Source: Acidimicrobiia bacterium
Lineage (GTDB): Bacteria > Actinomycetota > Acidimicrobiia > IMCC26256 > BP-133
Assembly (NCBI GenBank): GCA_044870155.1
Contig: JBIOYN010000397.1
Coordinates: forward strand, 1 to 39,188
Length of the DNA: 39,188 nt
Direction of reading: 5' to 3'
The first letter of the stretch is position 1. The number at the start of each line of letters is the position of its first letter. This document shows, piece after piece, positions 1 to 7,528 of the stretch. A program made the position numbers and the translations under genes. The notes beneath the pieces were generated by a model. It made no database searches and had not been told where the DNA came from. It saw only the letters and a program-made list of their open reading frames with translations.

Positions 1-676
1 GGAAGATGCTCCGAAGGTACGCCGCCACCACCGGCAGCGGTGCGGTGTAGAGACGGGACGGGACCTCCATCTCAACGCCACGGGCGCGAAGCCCCCATGC
101 GCCGACGAACTCGGCCAGACCTTGCCCGTACAGCCTGGTCCGCCGGCAGTCGATGCTCTCGTCCCGAGTCAGCACCGCGCGCTCATGGCGGTGGACGGTG
201 GGGAACACCTTGTCGATGGCCGCCGTCACCCACTCGAGCTCAGCCGCGGTCACCGTCATCGCCTCGATGGTGAGGGATCGGTTGGTGCCCTCGTACCGGC
301 CGACGAACCCGTCGCTCTGCAGCCAACCGGCGAGCGCGGCTTCCGCCACGTCCACCGTGGCCAAGGATCCGGACCCCCAGGACTCGGTGCGATGCCACTC
401 GAGCCTGTCGCCCGCCTCGAGTTCGCCGGCTTCCACGAACCGTCCCGCCCGGACGCCGCTCACGCGCCAGACGAGATGGTCGGGCGTGACATCAAGGGTG
501 TAGCCGGCCTTCGTGTGGATGCGCAGGACCCGCTTCGTGCCGTTCGCCTTCACGGCCACGATGCTGGTGAGCCCATGGGCGTCGAACACCTTCGTACCGA
601 CGGCGGCGTCCTCCACGAGCCGGCCGATCGGCACCAGACCGTCCACTGTGCTGACGAGGGCGTCGTAGGGCTGGCA
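1..676 (-). mobile_element. Intein with LAGLIDADG homing endonuclease in nrdJ (N-terminal part only)
   Basis: After QASA the expected CFI is replaced by CQPYDALVSTVDG (block A, Cys codon 676..674, residue 148), then DVTPDHLV (block B TxxH), LAGWLQSDG (first LAGLIDADG motif) and AAYLRSIF at the window edge (start of the second motif). Confidence 0.92.
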
Positions 677-1117
677 CGCGCTCGCCTGGGCGGGCACGCC
701 CTTCACCCCGATGTTGAACCACACCGGCGAGTTGAACGCCGCCCGCTGGTGGACGAGCAGGTACTTGAGCTCGTCCCGGAAGGCGTCGGCCTCACCTTCG
801 TCGACGAAGTACCCGTCCCGCACCCCCCAGTCGGAGATGGTGTCGGCCACCCGGTCGATGACCTGGCGCAGTGACGACTCCCGGCCGGGCGTGCCCAGCT
901 GACCCCGGAAGTACTTCTGGGCCACGATGTTGGTGGCGTTCTGCGACCAGGACGTGGGGAACTCCACTCCGGGCTGGAAGAAGGCGTCGCCGCCGGACTT
1001 GTAGTTCGGGATGCGGGCGTCCCGCTTCTCCCAGGCCACCGTGTCGTACGGGTGTTGCCCCGCTCGCGTGAAGTGCCTGCGAATCCCGATTCCGACCTGC
1101 TCCGGCGCCATCGCCAT
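1..1117 (-). CDS. nrdJ: Class II (B12-dependent) ribonucleotide reductase, 5' part, intein-containing; runs off the left edge
   Basis: Manual translation from ATG 1117 (SD GGGAGG upstream): MAMAPEQVGIGIRRHFT...PYDTVAWEKRDARI...WSQNATNIVAQKYFRG...AAFNSPVWFNIG...QASA, typical of actinobacterial NrdJ. Frame stays open to position 1, so the ORF track missed it. Lies directly downstream of nrdR with NrdR boxes. Confidence 0.95.
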   Translation of the reverse strand, partial: MAMAPEQVGIGIRRHFTRAGQHPYDTVAWEKRDARIPNYKSGGDAFFQPGVEFPTSWSQNATNIVAQKYFRGQLGTPGRESSLRQVIDRVADTISDWGVRDGYFVDEGEADAFRDELKYLLVHQRAAFNSPVWFNIGVKGVPAQASACQPYDALVSTVDGLVPIGRLVEDAAVGTKVFDAHGLTSIVAVKANGTKRVLRIHTKAGYTLDVTPDHLVWRVSGVRAGRFVEAGELEAGDRLEWHRTESWGSGSLATVDVAEAALAGWLQSDGFVGRYEGTNRSLTIEAMTVTAAELEWVTAAIDKVFPTVHRHERAVLTRDESIDCRRTRLYGQGLAEFVGAWGLRARGVEMEVPSRLYTAPLPVVAAYLRSIF

Positions 1118-1174
1118 CGGCCCTGACCTCCCTGGTCTCCTGCCTCGACCCGTCCCCGTCTCGCCGGTCCCAAA

Positions 1175-1221
1175 CCACAATATCTTGTGGTTCCTCTTCT
1201 TCGAACCCCGAGATGGAGGGT
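1175..1221. promoter_or_regulatory. Tandem NrdR boxes upstream of nrdJ
   Basis: CCACAATATCTTGTGG (1175-1190) fits consensus acaCwAtATaTwGtgt. A weaker copy CCCCGAGATGGAGGGT (1206-1221) is offset by 31 bp, the usual tandem spacing. Confidence 0.85.
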
Positions 1222-1222
1222 A

Positions 1223-1252
1223 ATTACAGCACCAGAACTACATACGTGTCAA
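1223..1252 (-). promoter_or_regulatory. Housekeeping-sigma promoter of nrdJ
   Basis: Minus strand TTGACA (1252-1247), 18 nt, TGTAAT (1228-1223), immediately upstream of the NrdR boxes. Confidence 0.7.
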
Positions 1253-1352
1253 CAGCGGCGGACCAGCAAAGCGGCAGGTCAGAGACCGTTCGCGATTGTT
1301 TGCATTCGTGCACGCGTGCACATGCGGAACACCCCAGGGAAGCGGCCGCAGA

Positions 1353-1838
1353 TTAGGTCTCGGAGCGACCCGGACCCGACTTCGGCGAGGTCGTCTTCCG
1401 CAGGAGGCCGGCCTCCCGGGCGAAGTCGGTGACGTCCTCGAAGCCCTTGTAGACGGAGGCGAAGCGCAGATAGCTGACGGGGTCGAGGGTGCGCAGGCCG
1501 TCGAGCACGGCCCGTCCGATGGCCTCGGTGCCCACCTCGGGGCCCGAGTGGCGCATCTGCTCCTCCACGGCGACGGCCAGCGCCTCGATGGCCTCGTCGT
1601 CGATGGGCCGGTTCTTGGTGGCCCGCCGGATCCCGCTCACCACCTTGGCCCGGTCGAAGGGCTCCCGCAGCCCCGATCGCTTGACCACCACGAGGACGGC
1701 CTCCTCGGCCCGCTCGAAGGTGGTGTAGCGCCGGGCGCAGGCGAGGCACTCCCGCCGGCGTCGGATGGCGGCTCCGCCCTCGGCCAGGCGGGAGTCGACC
1801 ACCTTGTCGTCCACCCCGTGGCAGTACGGGCACTGCAT
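1353..1838 (-). CDS. nrdR: Transcriptional repressor NrdR
   Basis: MQCPYCHGVDDKVVDSR...IRRRRECLACARRYTTFE zinc ribbon plus ATP-cone, and YLRFASVYKGF. Real start is ATG 1838 inside the longer 1353..2687 ORF. Confidence 0.97.
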   Translation of the reverse strand: MQCPYCHGVDDKVVDSRLAEGGAAIRRRRECLACARRYTTFERAEEAVLVVVKRSGLREPFDRAKVVSGIRRATKNRPIDDEAIEALAVAVEEQMRHSGPEVGTEAIGRAVLDGLRTLDPVSYLRFASVYKGFEDVTDFAREAGLLRKTTSPKSGPGRSET

Positions 1839-1924
1839 CAGGACCGGCGGAGCAGGGACTGGCGGCTGGCGCTGGGGCCCCCGGCCGCACCACGATGTGC
1901 CGCCAGGCGAAGAGTCATGGGCAT
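1838..1924 (-). CDS. Putative leaderless 28-aa upstream ORF translationally coupled to nrdR
   Basis: TACCTT (1936-1931), 6 nt, ATG 1924. Encodes MPMTLRLAAHRGAAGGPSASRQSLLRRS. Its TGA (1840-1838) overlaps the nrdR ATG (TGATG), and nrdR has no SD of its own. Confidence 0.5.
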   Translation of the reverse strand: MPMTLRLAAHRGAAGGPSASRQSLLRRS

Positions 1925-2015
1925 GGCGCCAAGGTACCCCCGGGCCGCCCGTCGGTGGGGTCCCCGGCGCCGTCGGGAACGGGCGCTGGAGGACCCGACC
2001 GGGGATCATGGGTCC

Positions 2016-2648
2016 ATGTCCGACGTGGTGCCGGCCGGTTCCCCCACACCTGCCCGACGGGCGGGCCCGTGGATCCGCCTGGTGCTCGTGGGCCTGGTCG
2101 CCGTCGTGGCCGGATTTCCGGCCCTGTTCCTCATCGCCTGGTTCACGTTCTCGGGCGCCCGGTTCGGCTGGGTGGCCTCGCTCGGTGCCTTCGGCCTGTT
2201 CGGCCTGGCGGCGGGTTGGCTGGCCGTCAGCCGCCGCTGGCCGGCGGCCCGGAGGCGCACCGCCCTCGGGCTGGCGGCCGTGCTCGGTCTCGCCGGCATC
2301 GCCGCCGCCCACGCCGCCCCGCCGACACCGGGCCGGCTGCGCCATGCCGCCCGGCAGTTCGAGCAACCGGCCTGGAAACTGGTCGACGACTCGGTGGAGG
2401 GAAACGCCCTGTGCTTCGACACCTGCTCCTCGGTGACGCGCCGTTACCAGGTCGACGCCGGTCCCGACGACGTCCTCAGGGTGCTCCGGCCCCGCCTCAC
2501 CCGCCATGGTCTGCGGCCCCAGCCGTCGGATGCCGGCCGCTGGGAGTTCGCCGGTGGGGGCGAGGGCGACATCGCCCTGCGCGTCTCCGTCGTGGACAGT
2601 GGCGGCGGGGGCACGACGGTCTACGTCACCGCTGACGCCAGCGGGTAG
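2016..2648 (+). CDS. Hypothetical membrane protein (about 3 TM helices plus a C-terminal soluble domain with CxxxC)
   Basis: C-terminal 210 aa of ORF 1296..2648 from ATG 2016. Hydrophobic segments, LCFDTCSS motif, GC3-rich codons, and it fills the nrdR-lexA gap. Confidence 0.7.
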   Translation: MSDVVPAGSPTPARRAGPWIRLVLVGLVAVVAGFPALFLIAWFTFSGARFGWVASLGAFGLFGLAAGWLAVSRRWPAARRRTALGLAAVLGLAGIAAAHAAPPTPGRLRHAARQFEQPAWKLVDDSVEGNALCFDTCSSVTRRYQVDAGPDDVLRVLRPRLTRHGLRPQPSDAGRWEFAGGGEGDIALRVSVVDSGGGGTTVYVTADASG

Positions 2649-2678
2649 GGCCGCAGCCATCGAGGGCGGCCCCCTGGA

Positions 2679-2718
2679 CGAACCCATGTTTGCTCCGAAT
2701 GTGCATTCGTGTTACCTT
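2679..2718 (+). promoter_or_regulatory. lexA promoter with two SOS-box-like sites
   Basis: CGAACCCATGTTTG (2679-2692) and CGAATGTGCATTCG (2696-2709). -35 TTGCTC (2690-2695), 17 nt, -10 TACCTT (2713-2718), with the second box filling the spacer. Confidence 0.8.
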
Positions 2719-2777
2719 CCGCGGGCGGACCGGCAACGGCGCCGGTCGTAGCCTGAGCAGTGAAGGAGGAGCACCGC

Positions 2778-3404
2778 ATGCAGGACCTCACCCCCCGCCA
2801 GCGCCAGATCCTCGAGTTCGTCGACGCCGAGGCCCGCCGGCGGGGTTACCCCCCGAGCGTGCGCGAGATCGGCGCCGCCGTGGGGCTGTCGTCGACCTCC
2901 ACCGTCCACTCCCATCTCTCGGCCCTGGTGGCCAAGGGCTACCTGGTGCGCGACCCGACCAAGCCCCGGGCCCTCCAGGTCCACTTCGAACCCTCCTCGG
3001 GCGCCAACCTCGGGCGGCGTCCGGTGCGCCACGTGCCGCTGGTGGGCGACGTCGCCGCCGGTACCGGGGTGCTGGCGGCCGAGAACGTGGAGGAGGTCCA
3101 ACCCCTGCCCGCCGACTTCGTGGGCGAGGGGCCGGTGTTCATGCTCCGGGTCCGGGGCGAATCGATGATCGAGGCCGGCATCCACGACGGCGACCACGTC
3201 ATCGTCCGCCAGCAGCCCACGGCCGAGAAGGGCGACATCGTGGTGGCCGGCATCCCCGGCGACGAGGCCACGGTCAAGACCTACTCCCGCAAGGGCGACA
3301 AGGTCATCCTGCGCCCGGCCAACCCGCACCTCACCGACATGATCTACCGGCCCGACGAGGTCTCCATCTACGGCAAGGTCGTCGGTTTGCTCCGGCGCTA
3401 CTGA
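2778..3404 (+). CDS. lexA: SOS repressor LexA
   Basis: LTPRQRQILEF...GYPPSVREIG...SSTSTVHSHL wHTH, VAAG cleavage site, GESM catalytic Ser, ATVK catalytic Lys. SD GGAGG precedes ATG 2778. Confidence 0.98.
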   Translation: MQDLTPRQRQILEFVDAEARRRGYPPSVREIGAAVGLSSTSTVHSHLSALVAKGYLVRDPTKPRALQVHFEPSSGANLGRRPVRHVPLVGDVAAGTGVLAAENVEEVQPLPADFVGEGPVFMLRVRGESMIEAGIHDGDHVIVRQQPTAEKGDIVVAGIPGDEATVKTYSRKGDKVILRPANPHLTDMIYRPDEVSIYGKVVGLLRRY

Positions 3405-3405
3405 T

Positions 3406-5604
3406 CTAGGGCTCCAGCGCAGCCAGCTCGGGGGGCAGGGGCTGGGTGTGCAGCACCCCGAGGCGCCGGGTGGCGCGGGTCAGGGCGACGTAGAGGTCCG
3501 ACAGGCCCCGTTCCGACTCCCCCACGATCTCTCCCGGCTCCACCAGCACCACGGAGTCGAACTCGAGGCCCTTGGCCTCCTTCACAGCCAGGACGGCCAC
3601 GGGTGAGTCGAGCACGCTGCCCGTGACCGCCTCGGGCAACGCCTGGCGCACCGCCGACTCCACCTCGGCGCGCCGGGCCGCGGGCGTGAGGACGGCCAGG
3701 CGGCCGGTACCGATCTGGTCGAGCTCGCCCCGGACGGCGTCGACCAGCTGCCCGTCGAGGGACTGGACCTGGCGGGCCCACGGCCGCTCGCCGGAGTCGC
3801 GCATGGCCACCGGAGGCACCACGCCGGGGTCGCTCCGGGCCAGGACCAGGGCGGCCACGTCCATGATCTCCCGGGGGGTCCGGTAGTTGACGGTGAGCTC
3901 GGCCACCCGCCACCGGCCCCGGGCGTGCAGGTCGAGGACCTCGGCCCAGCTCGACGGCCGCCAGGTCACCCCGGCCTGGGCCAGGTCACCGACGATGGTC
4001 ATCGACCGCGACGGGCAGCGCCGGAACAGCACCCGCCACTCCATGGCCGACAGCTCCTGGGCCTCGTCCACGATGACGTGGCCGAAGGCCCACGTCCGGT
4101 CGGCCCGGGCCCGCACCGACAGCGGCTCCGGACCCTGCTCGCCGGCGTAGCGGGCGGCCATGGCCTCGGCGTCGACGGGGAAGCCGAGGTCGAGCCCGGC
4201 CAGCACCCGGCGGGCGTAGGCCTCCTGGGCCCCCTTCCCCCGCCGGCGCCGGCCCGTGGCCGGCGTCCCCAGGATCTCCGCCGCCTCGTCCAGGAGGGCC
4301 ACGTCCTGCACGGACCAGTCGACGTCGGCGGCGTTGGGCCGGCGGGGCCGGACCAGCGCCTCCCGTTCGGCGGCGCTGAGCTCGGGCGCCGCCGAGCGCA
4401 ACAGGGCGGGGAAGCCGAAGAGGTCGTTGAGCAGCTCCTGGGGGCTGAGCAGGGGCCAGAGGCGTTCCATCACCTCCCGGAAGGCCCGGGTGCGGCGCAG
4501 GTCGACCCGGCGGGAGGGCTCTTCGAGCTGGGCGGCCAGGGCGTCGAGCACCAGGCGCTCCGCCACCTCGCGGGCCCGGTTGTGGGGACGGCGGCTGCGG
4601 CGGGCGGCGGCCCGGATGCCGCGCACCGTGCGCCGGTTGAGCCGCAGCCGCTCCCCTTCGAAGTTCACGGTCAGGTCCTGGCGGGGGACCCGCTGGCGGT
4701 CGGCCACCGCCTTGCGCAGGACCCCCACCATGCGCAGGTCGCCCTTCACCCGGGCCACGGACGCCGGGTCGCTGCGCCGGGTGGTCACGCCGGGAAACAG
4801 CTCCCCGGGAGTGAGGAGCAGGGCACCCGTCTCCCCCAGCGACGGCAGCACCTGCTCGATGTAGCGCAGGAAGACGCCGTTGGGACCCACGATGAGCACC
4901 CCGCTGCCGGCCAGCTTCCGGCGGTGGGTGTAGAGCAGATAGGCGGCCCGGTGCAGCGCCACCACGGTCTTCCCCGTGCCCGGTCCTCCCTGCACCACCA
5001 GCGCCCCGGCGAGCTCCGAGCGGATGATCCGGTCCTGGTCGGCCTGGATGGTGGCCACGATGTCGCCCATCCGGCCCGTCCGCTCCCGGCTGAGGGCGGC
5101 CAGTAGGGCGGCATCGCCCTGGAGGCCGGCCCGATCCCGCTCGGTGAGGGAGTCCAGGTCGAAGACCTCGTCGTCGAGGCTGATGACCTCCCGCCCCCGG
5201 GTGAGGAGATGGCGGCGGCGGACCACGCCCTGGGGGTCGCCGGCCGTCGCCTGGTAGAAGGGCTGGGCCGCCGGGGCCCGCCAGTCGACCAGCAGCGGCT
5301 CGTGGTGCTCGTCGGAGAGCGCCAGCCGTCCGATGTGGAAGCGGCCGCCGCCGGTCATGTCGAGCCGGCCGAAGCACAGGGGCAGGTCGCCGATGCTCAT
5401 CCCCGCCAGGCGCTTCTCGAACGACACGGCCAGGGCGTCCCGCTCGTTTCGCCACTGGTGCGTCCCCGACGCCGACGAGCCGTACACCGACGACAGGTGC
5501 AGCGACGTCCGGGCCCGGTGCTCGTCGAGGAGGGCGTAGAGGCCGTTCACGTAGGCGCGCTCGGCTTCGAGCTCTTCCAGGCGGGCACGGGTGGCGTCGT
5601 CCGT
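3406..5604 (-). CDS. helD: HelD-family SF1 helicase-like RNA polymerase recycling ATPase; start uncertain
   Basis: LCFGRLD, HIGRL, LVDWRAP, DIVATIQADQD, Walker A GGPGTGKT, VDEAQE, LTVNYR, KGLEFD, YVALTRA. No canonical start near the 5' end. ACG at 5604 lies 7 nt after AGGAG. Confidence 0.85.
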   Translation of the reverse strand, partial: TDDATRARLEELEAERAYVNGLYALLDEHRARTSLHLSSVYGSSASGTHQWRNERDALAVSFEKRLAGMSIGDLPLCFGRLDMTGGGRFHIGRLALSDEHHEPLLVDWRAPAAQPFYQATAGDPQGVVRRRHLLTRGREVISLDDEVFDLDSLTERDRAGLQGDAALLAALSRERTGRMGDIVATIQADQDRIIRSELAGALVVQGGPGTGKTVVALHRAAYLLYTHRRKLAGSGVLIVGPNGVFLRYIEQVLPSLGETGALLLTPGELFPGVTTRRSDPASVARVKGDLRMVGVLRKAVADRQRVPRQDLTVNFEGERLRLNRRTVRGIRAAARRSRRPHNRAREVAERLVLDALAAQLEEPSRRVDLRRTRAFREVMERLWPLLSPQELLNDLFGFPALLRSAAPELSAAEREALVRPRRPNAADVDWSVQDVALLDEAAEILGTPATGRRRRGKGAQEAYARRVLAGLDLGFPVDAEAMAARYAGEQGPEPLSVRARADRTWAFGHVIVDEAQELSAMEWRVLFRRCPSRSMTIVGDLAQAGVTWRPSSWAEVLDLHARGRWRVAELTVNYRTPREIMDVAALVLARSDPGVVPPVAMRDSGERPWARQVQSLDGQLVDAVRGELDQIGTGRLAVLTPAARRAEVESAVRQALPEAVTGSVLDSPVAVLAVKEAKGLEFDSVVLVEPGEIVGESERGLSDLYVALTRATRRLGVLHTQPLPPELAALEP

Positions 5605-5615
5605 GAGGGTGCTCC

Positions 5616-6695
5616 TCAGTCTCCGGTCAGGAATCGGACCAGGGCCCGATGACAGGTCTCGAGCGATGCCCGGGTCACGTGCTCGCCGGCGGTGTGGGAG
5701 ACCTCGGGGTCGCCGGGACCGAAGTTCACGGCCGGCACGCCGTGGGCGCTGAACCGGGCCACGTCGGTCCAGCCCAGCTTGGGCCGGATACCCACCCCCA
5801 GGCGGCCGGCGAACTCGGCCACCAGCGGGTGGGACAGGTTGGGATGGGCGGCGGGCGACACCGACGTGAGCGCCACCTCGTCGGCGCCCTCCAGCAGCGC
5901 CCGCACCTCGGCCTCCGCCTCCTCCAGGGTGAGGCTGGGGGCGTAGCGGCGGTTGACCGTGATCGTGCACCGGTCGGGCACCACGTTGCCGGCCACGCCG
6001 CCGTGCATGTCCACCACCTGCAGGGCCTGGCGGAAGCACAGCCCGTCGACCTCGACCTCGTCGGGCTCATGGCCGGCCAGGCGGGACAGGACGGGCGCCG
6101 CCCGGTGGACGGCGTTCACCCCCCGCCAGGGGCGGGCGGTGTGGGCCCGGGACCCGCTGAAGGTGGCCTCGAGACGGAGCGAGCCCTGGCAGCCGGCCTC
6201 GAGCCAGTTGTCGGTGGGCTCGAGGAGGACGGCGAAGTCGCCCGCCACCAGGTCGGGCCTCGCCTCGAAGAGGTGGCGCAGCCCGTTGTACTCGTCGGCG
6301 ATCTCCTCGCTCTCGTAGAACACGAAGGAGAGGTCGAAGCGGGCGTCGGCTGCCACCTCTTCGGCCAGGCGCAACAGCACGGCCAGACCGCCCTTCATGT
6401 CGGCGGCGCCCAGGCCGTGGAGGACGTCGCCTTCCACCTTGGGCACCTCGTTGCCGTTGGCGGGGACGGTGTCGAGGTGCCCGGCGAGCACGACGCGGCG
6501 CTCCCGCCCGGCGTCGGTGCGGGCCACCACGTTGTTCCCCACCCGCTCCACCCGCAGAGGGCCGGCGGCCAGGCGGACCTCGACCGCCGCCGCCAGCTCG
6601 GCTTCGGACCGGCTGACGGAGGGCACGGCGCACAGGGCGGCGGTCAGCCCGAGCAGGTCGCCGGCGGGCACGGACAGGTCGGCCATGGTGGTCAT
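5616..6695 (-). CDS. dapE: Succinyl-diaminopimelate desuccinylase
   Basis: M20 motifs AGHLDTVP, GLGAADMKGG, ESEE, GWTDVARF, NFGPGDP. ATG overlaps the dapD stop (ATGA). Confidence 0.95.
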   Translation of the reverse strand: MTTMADLSVPAGDLLGLTAALCAVPSVSRSEAELAAAVEVRLAAGPLRVERVGNNVVARTDAGRERRVVLAGHLDTVPANGNEVPKVEGDVLHGLGAADMKGGLAVLLRLAEEVAADARFDLSFVFYESEEIADEYNGLRHLFEARPDLVAGDFAVLLEPTDNWLEAGCQGSLRLEATFSGSRAHTARPWRGVNAVHRAAPVLSRLAGHEPDEVEVDGLCFRQALQVVDMHGGVAGNVVPDRCTITVNRRYAPSLTLEEAEAEVRALLEGADEVALTSVSPAAHPNLSHPLVAEFAGRLGVGIRPKLGWTDVARFSAHGVPAVNFGPGDPEVSHTAGEHVTRASLETCHRALVRFLTGD

Positions 6696-7528
6696 GTGGC
6701 CAGGCCGTGCTCCCGCAGGATGGCGTTGAGAGCGAGCTTGTCGTGCTCCTCCCCCTCGGCCAGGGTGCGGAGCACGAGCACGCAGGCCAGGCCGAACTCG
6801 CCGCCGGGGAAGGACCGGGCCCGGGTGGCGGGCACGGCCACGGCCCGTTCGGGGACCTCGCCCCGGGCCAGCTCGTCGCCGGTGGCGGCGTCGATCACGG
6901 GCGTCGACGAGGTGAGGACGACCCCGGCGCCGAGCTTCGCGCCCCGGCGCACCCGGGCCCCTTCCACCACGATGGCCCGGGACCCCACGAAGGCGTCGTC
7001 CTCGACGATGACCGGCGCGGCCTGCGGCGGCTCCAGGACCCCGCCGATTCCCACCCCGCCCGAGAGGTGGACGCCCCGGCCGATCTGGGCGCAGGACCCG
7101 ACGGTGGCCCAGGTGTCGACCAGGGTCCCCTCCCCCACGTGGGCCCCGATGTTGACGTAGGACGGCATGAGCGTCACCCCAGGGGCCAGGTACGAGCCCC
7201 AGCGGGCGGAGGCGCCGGGCACCACCCGCACCCGGGCGGCGGCGTAGCCCCGCTTGAGCGGGATCCGGTCGCAGTACTCGAAGGGCCCGAGCTCGATCGT
7301 CTCCAGGCCCCGGGTGCGGAAGCACAGCAGGATGGCGAGCTTGAGCCACTCATGGACGACGACGTCGCCGTCGACCACCTCGGCCACCCGGGCCTGGCCC
7401 GAGTCGAGCAGGCCGACGGCCTCGGCCACCAGGTCGGGGACCTCGGGAGCGAGGCCGCCGGGGTCGTCCTTGGCCTCCCAGGCGGCGGTGATCTGCTTGG
7501 CCAGGTCGTCGTAACCGGTGGGGCTCAC
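6692..7528 (-). CDS. dapD: Tetrahydrodipicolinate N-succinyltransferase
   Basis: DRIPLK, RVVP, MPSYVNIGA, VDTWATVGSCAQIG, GIGGVLEP hexapeptide-repeat signature. GTG overlaps the dapC stop. Confidence 0.96.
   Translation of the reverse strand: MSPTGYDDLAKQITAAWEAKDDPGGLAPEVPDLVAEAVGLLDSGQARVAEVVDGDVVVHEWLKLAILLCFRTRGLETIELGPFEYCDRIPLKRGYAAARVRVVPGASARWGSYLAPGVTLMPSYVNIGAHVGEGTLVDTWATVGSCAQIGRGVHLSGGVGIGGVLEPPQAAPVIVEDDAFVGSRAIVVEGARVRRGAKLGAGVVLTSSTPVIDAATGDELARGEVPERAVAVPATRARSFPGGEFGLACVLVLRTLAEGEEHDKLALNAILREHGLAT

Noticed and set aside
1308-1321. Perfect 14-bp palindrome GTGCACGCGTGCAC between nrdR and nrdJ
   Set aside because: No match to NrdR or LexA motifs and no second copy. Plausibly chance.
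1839-2687. Apparent long N-terminal extension of NrdR (444-aa ORF)
   Set aside because: Antisense to the membrane gene and low complexity. The NrdR family starts at MxCPxC (1838).
3406-5700. HelD as rifamycin-inducible HelR
   Set aside because: No rifamycin-associated inverted repeat (RAE) seen upstream, and the gene abuts dapE. Resistance function is not supportable.
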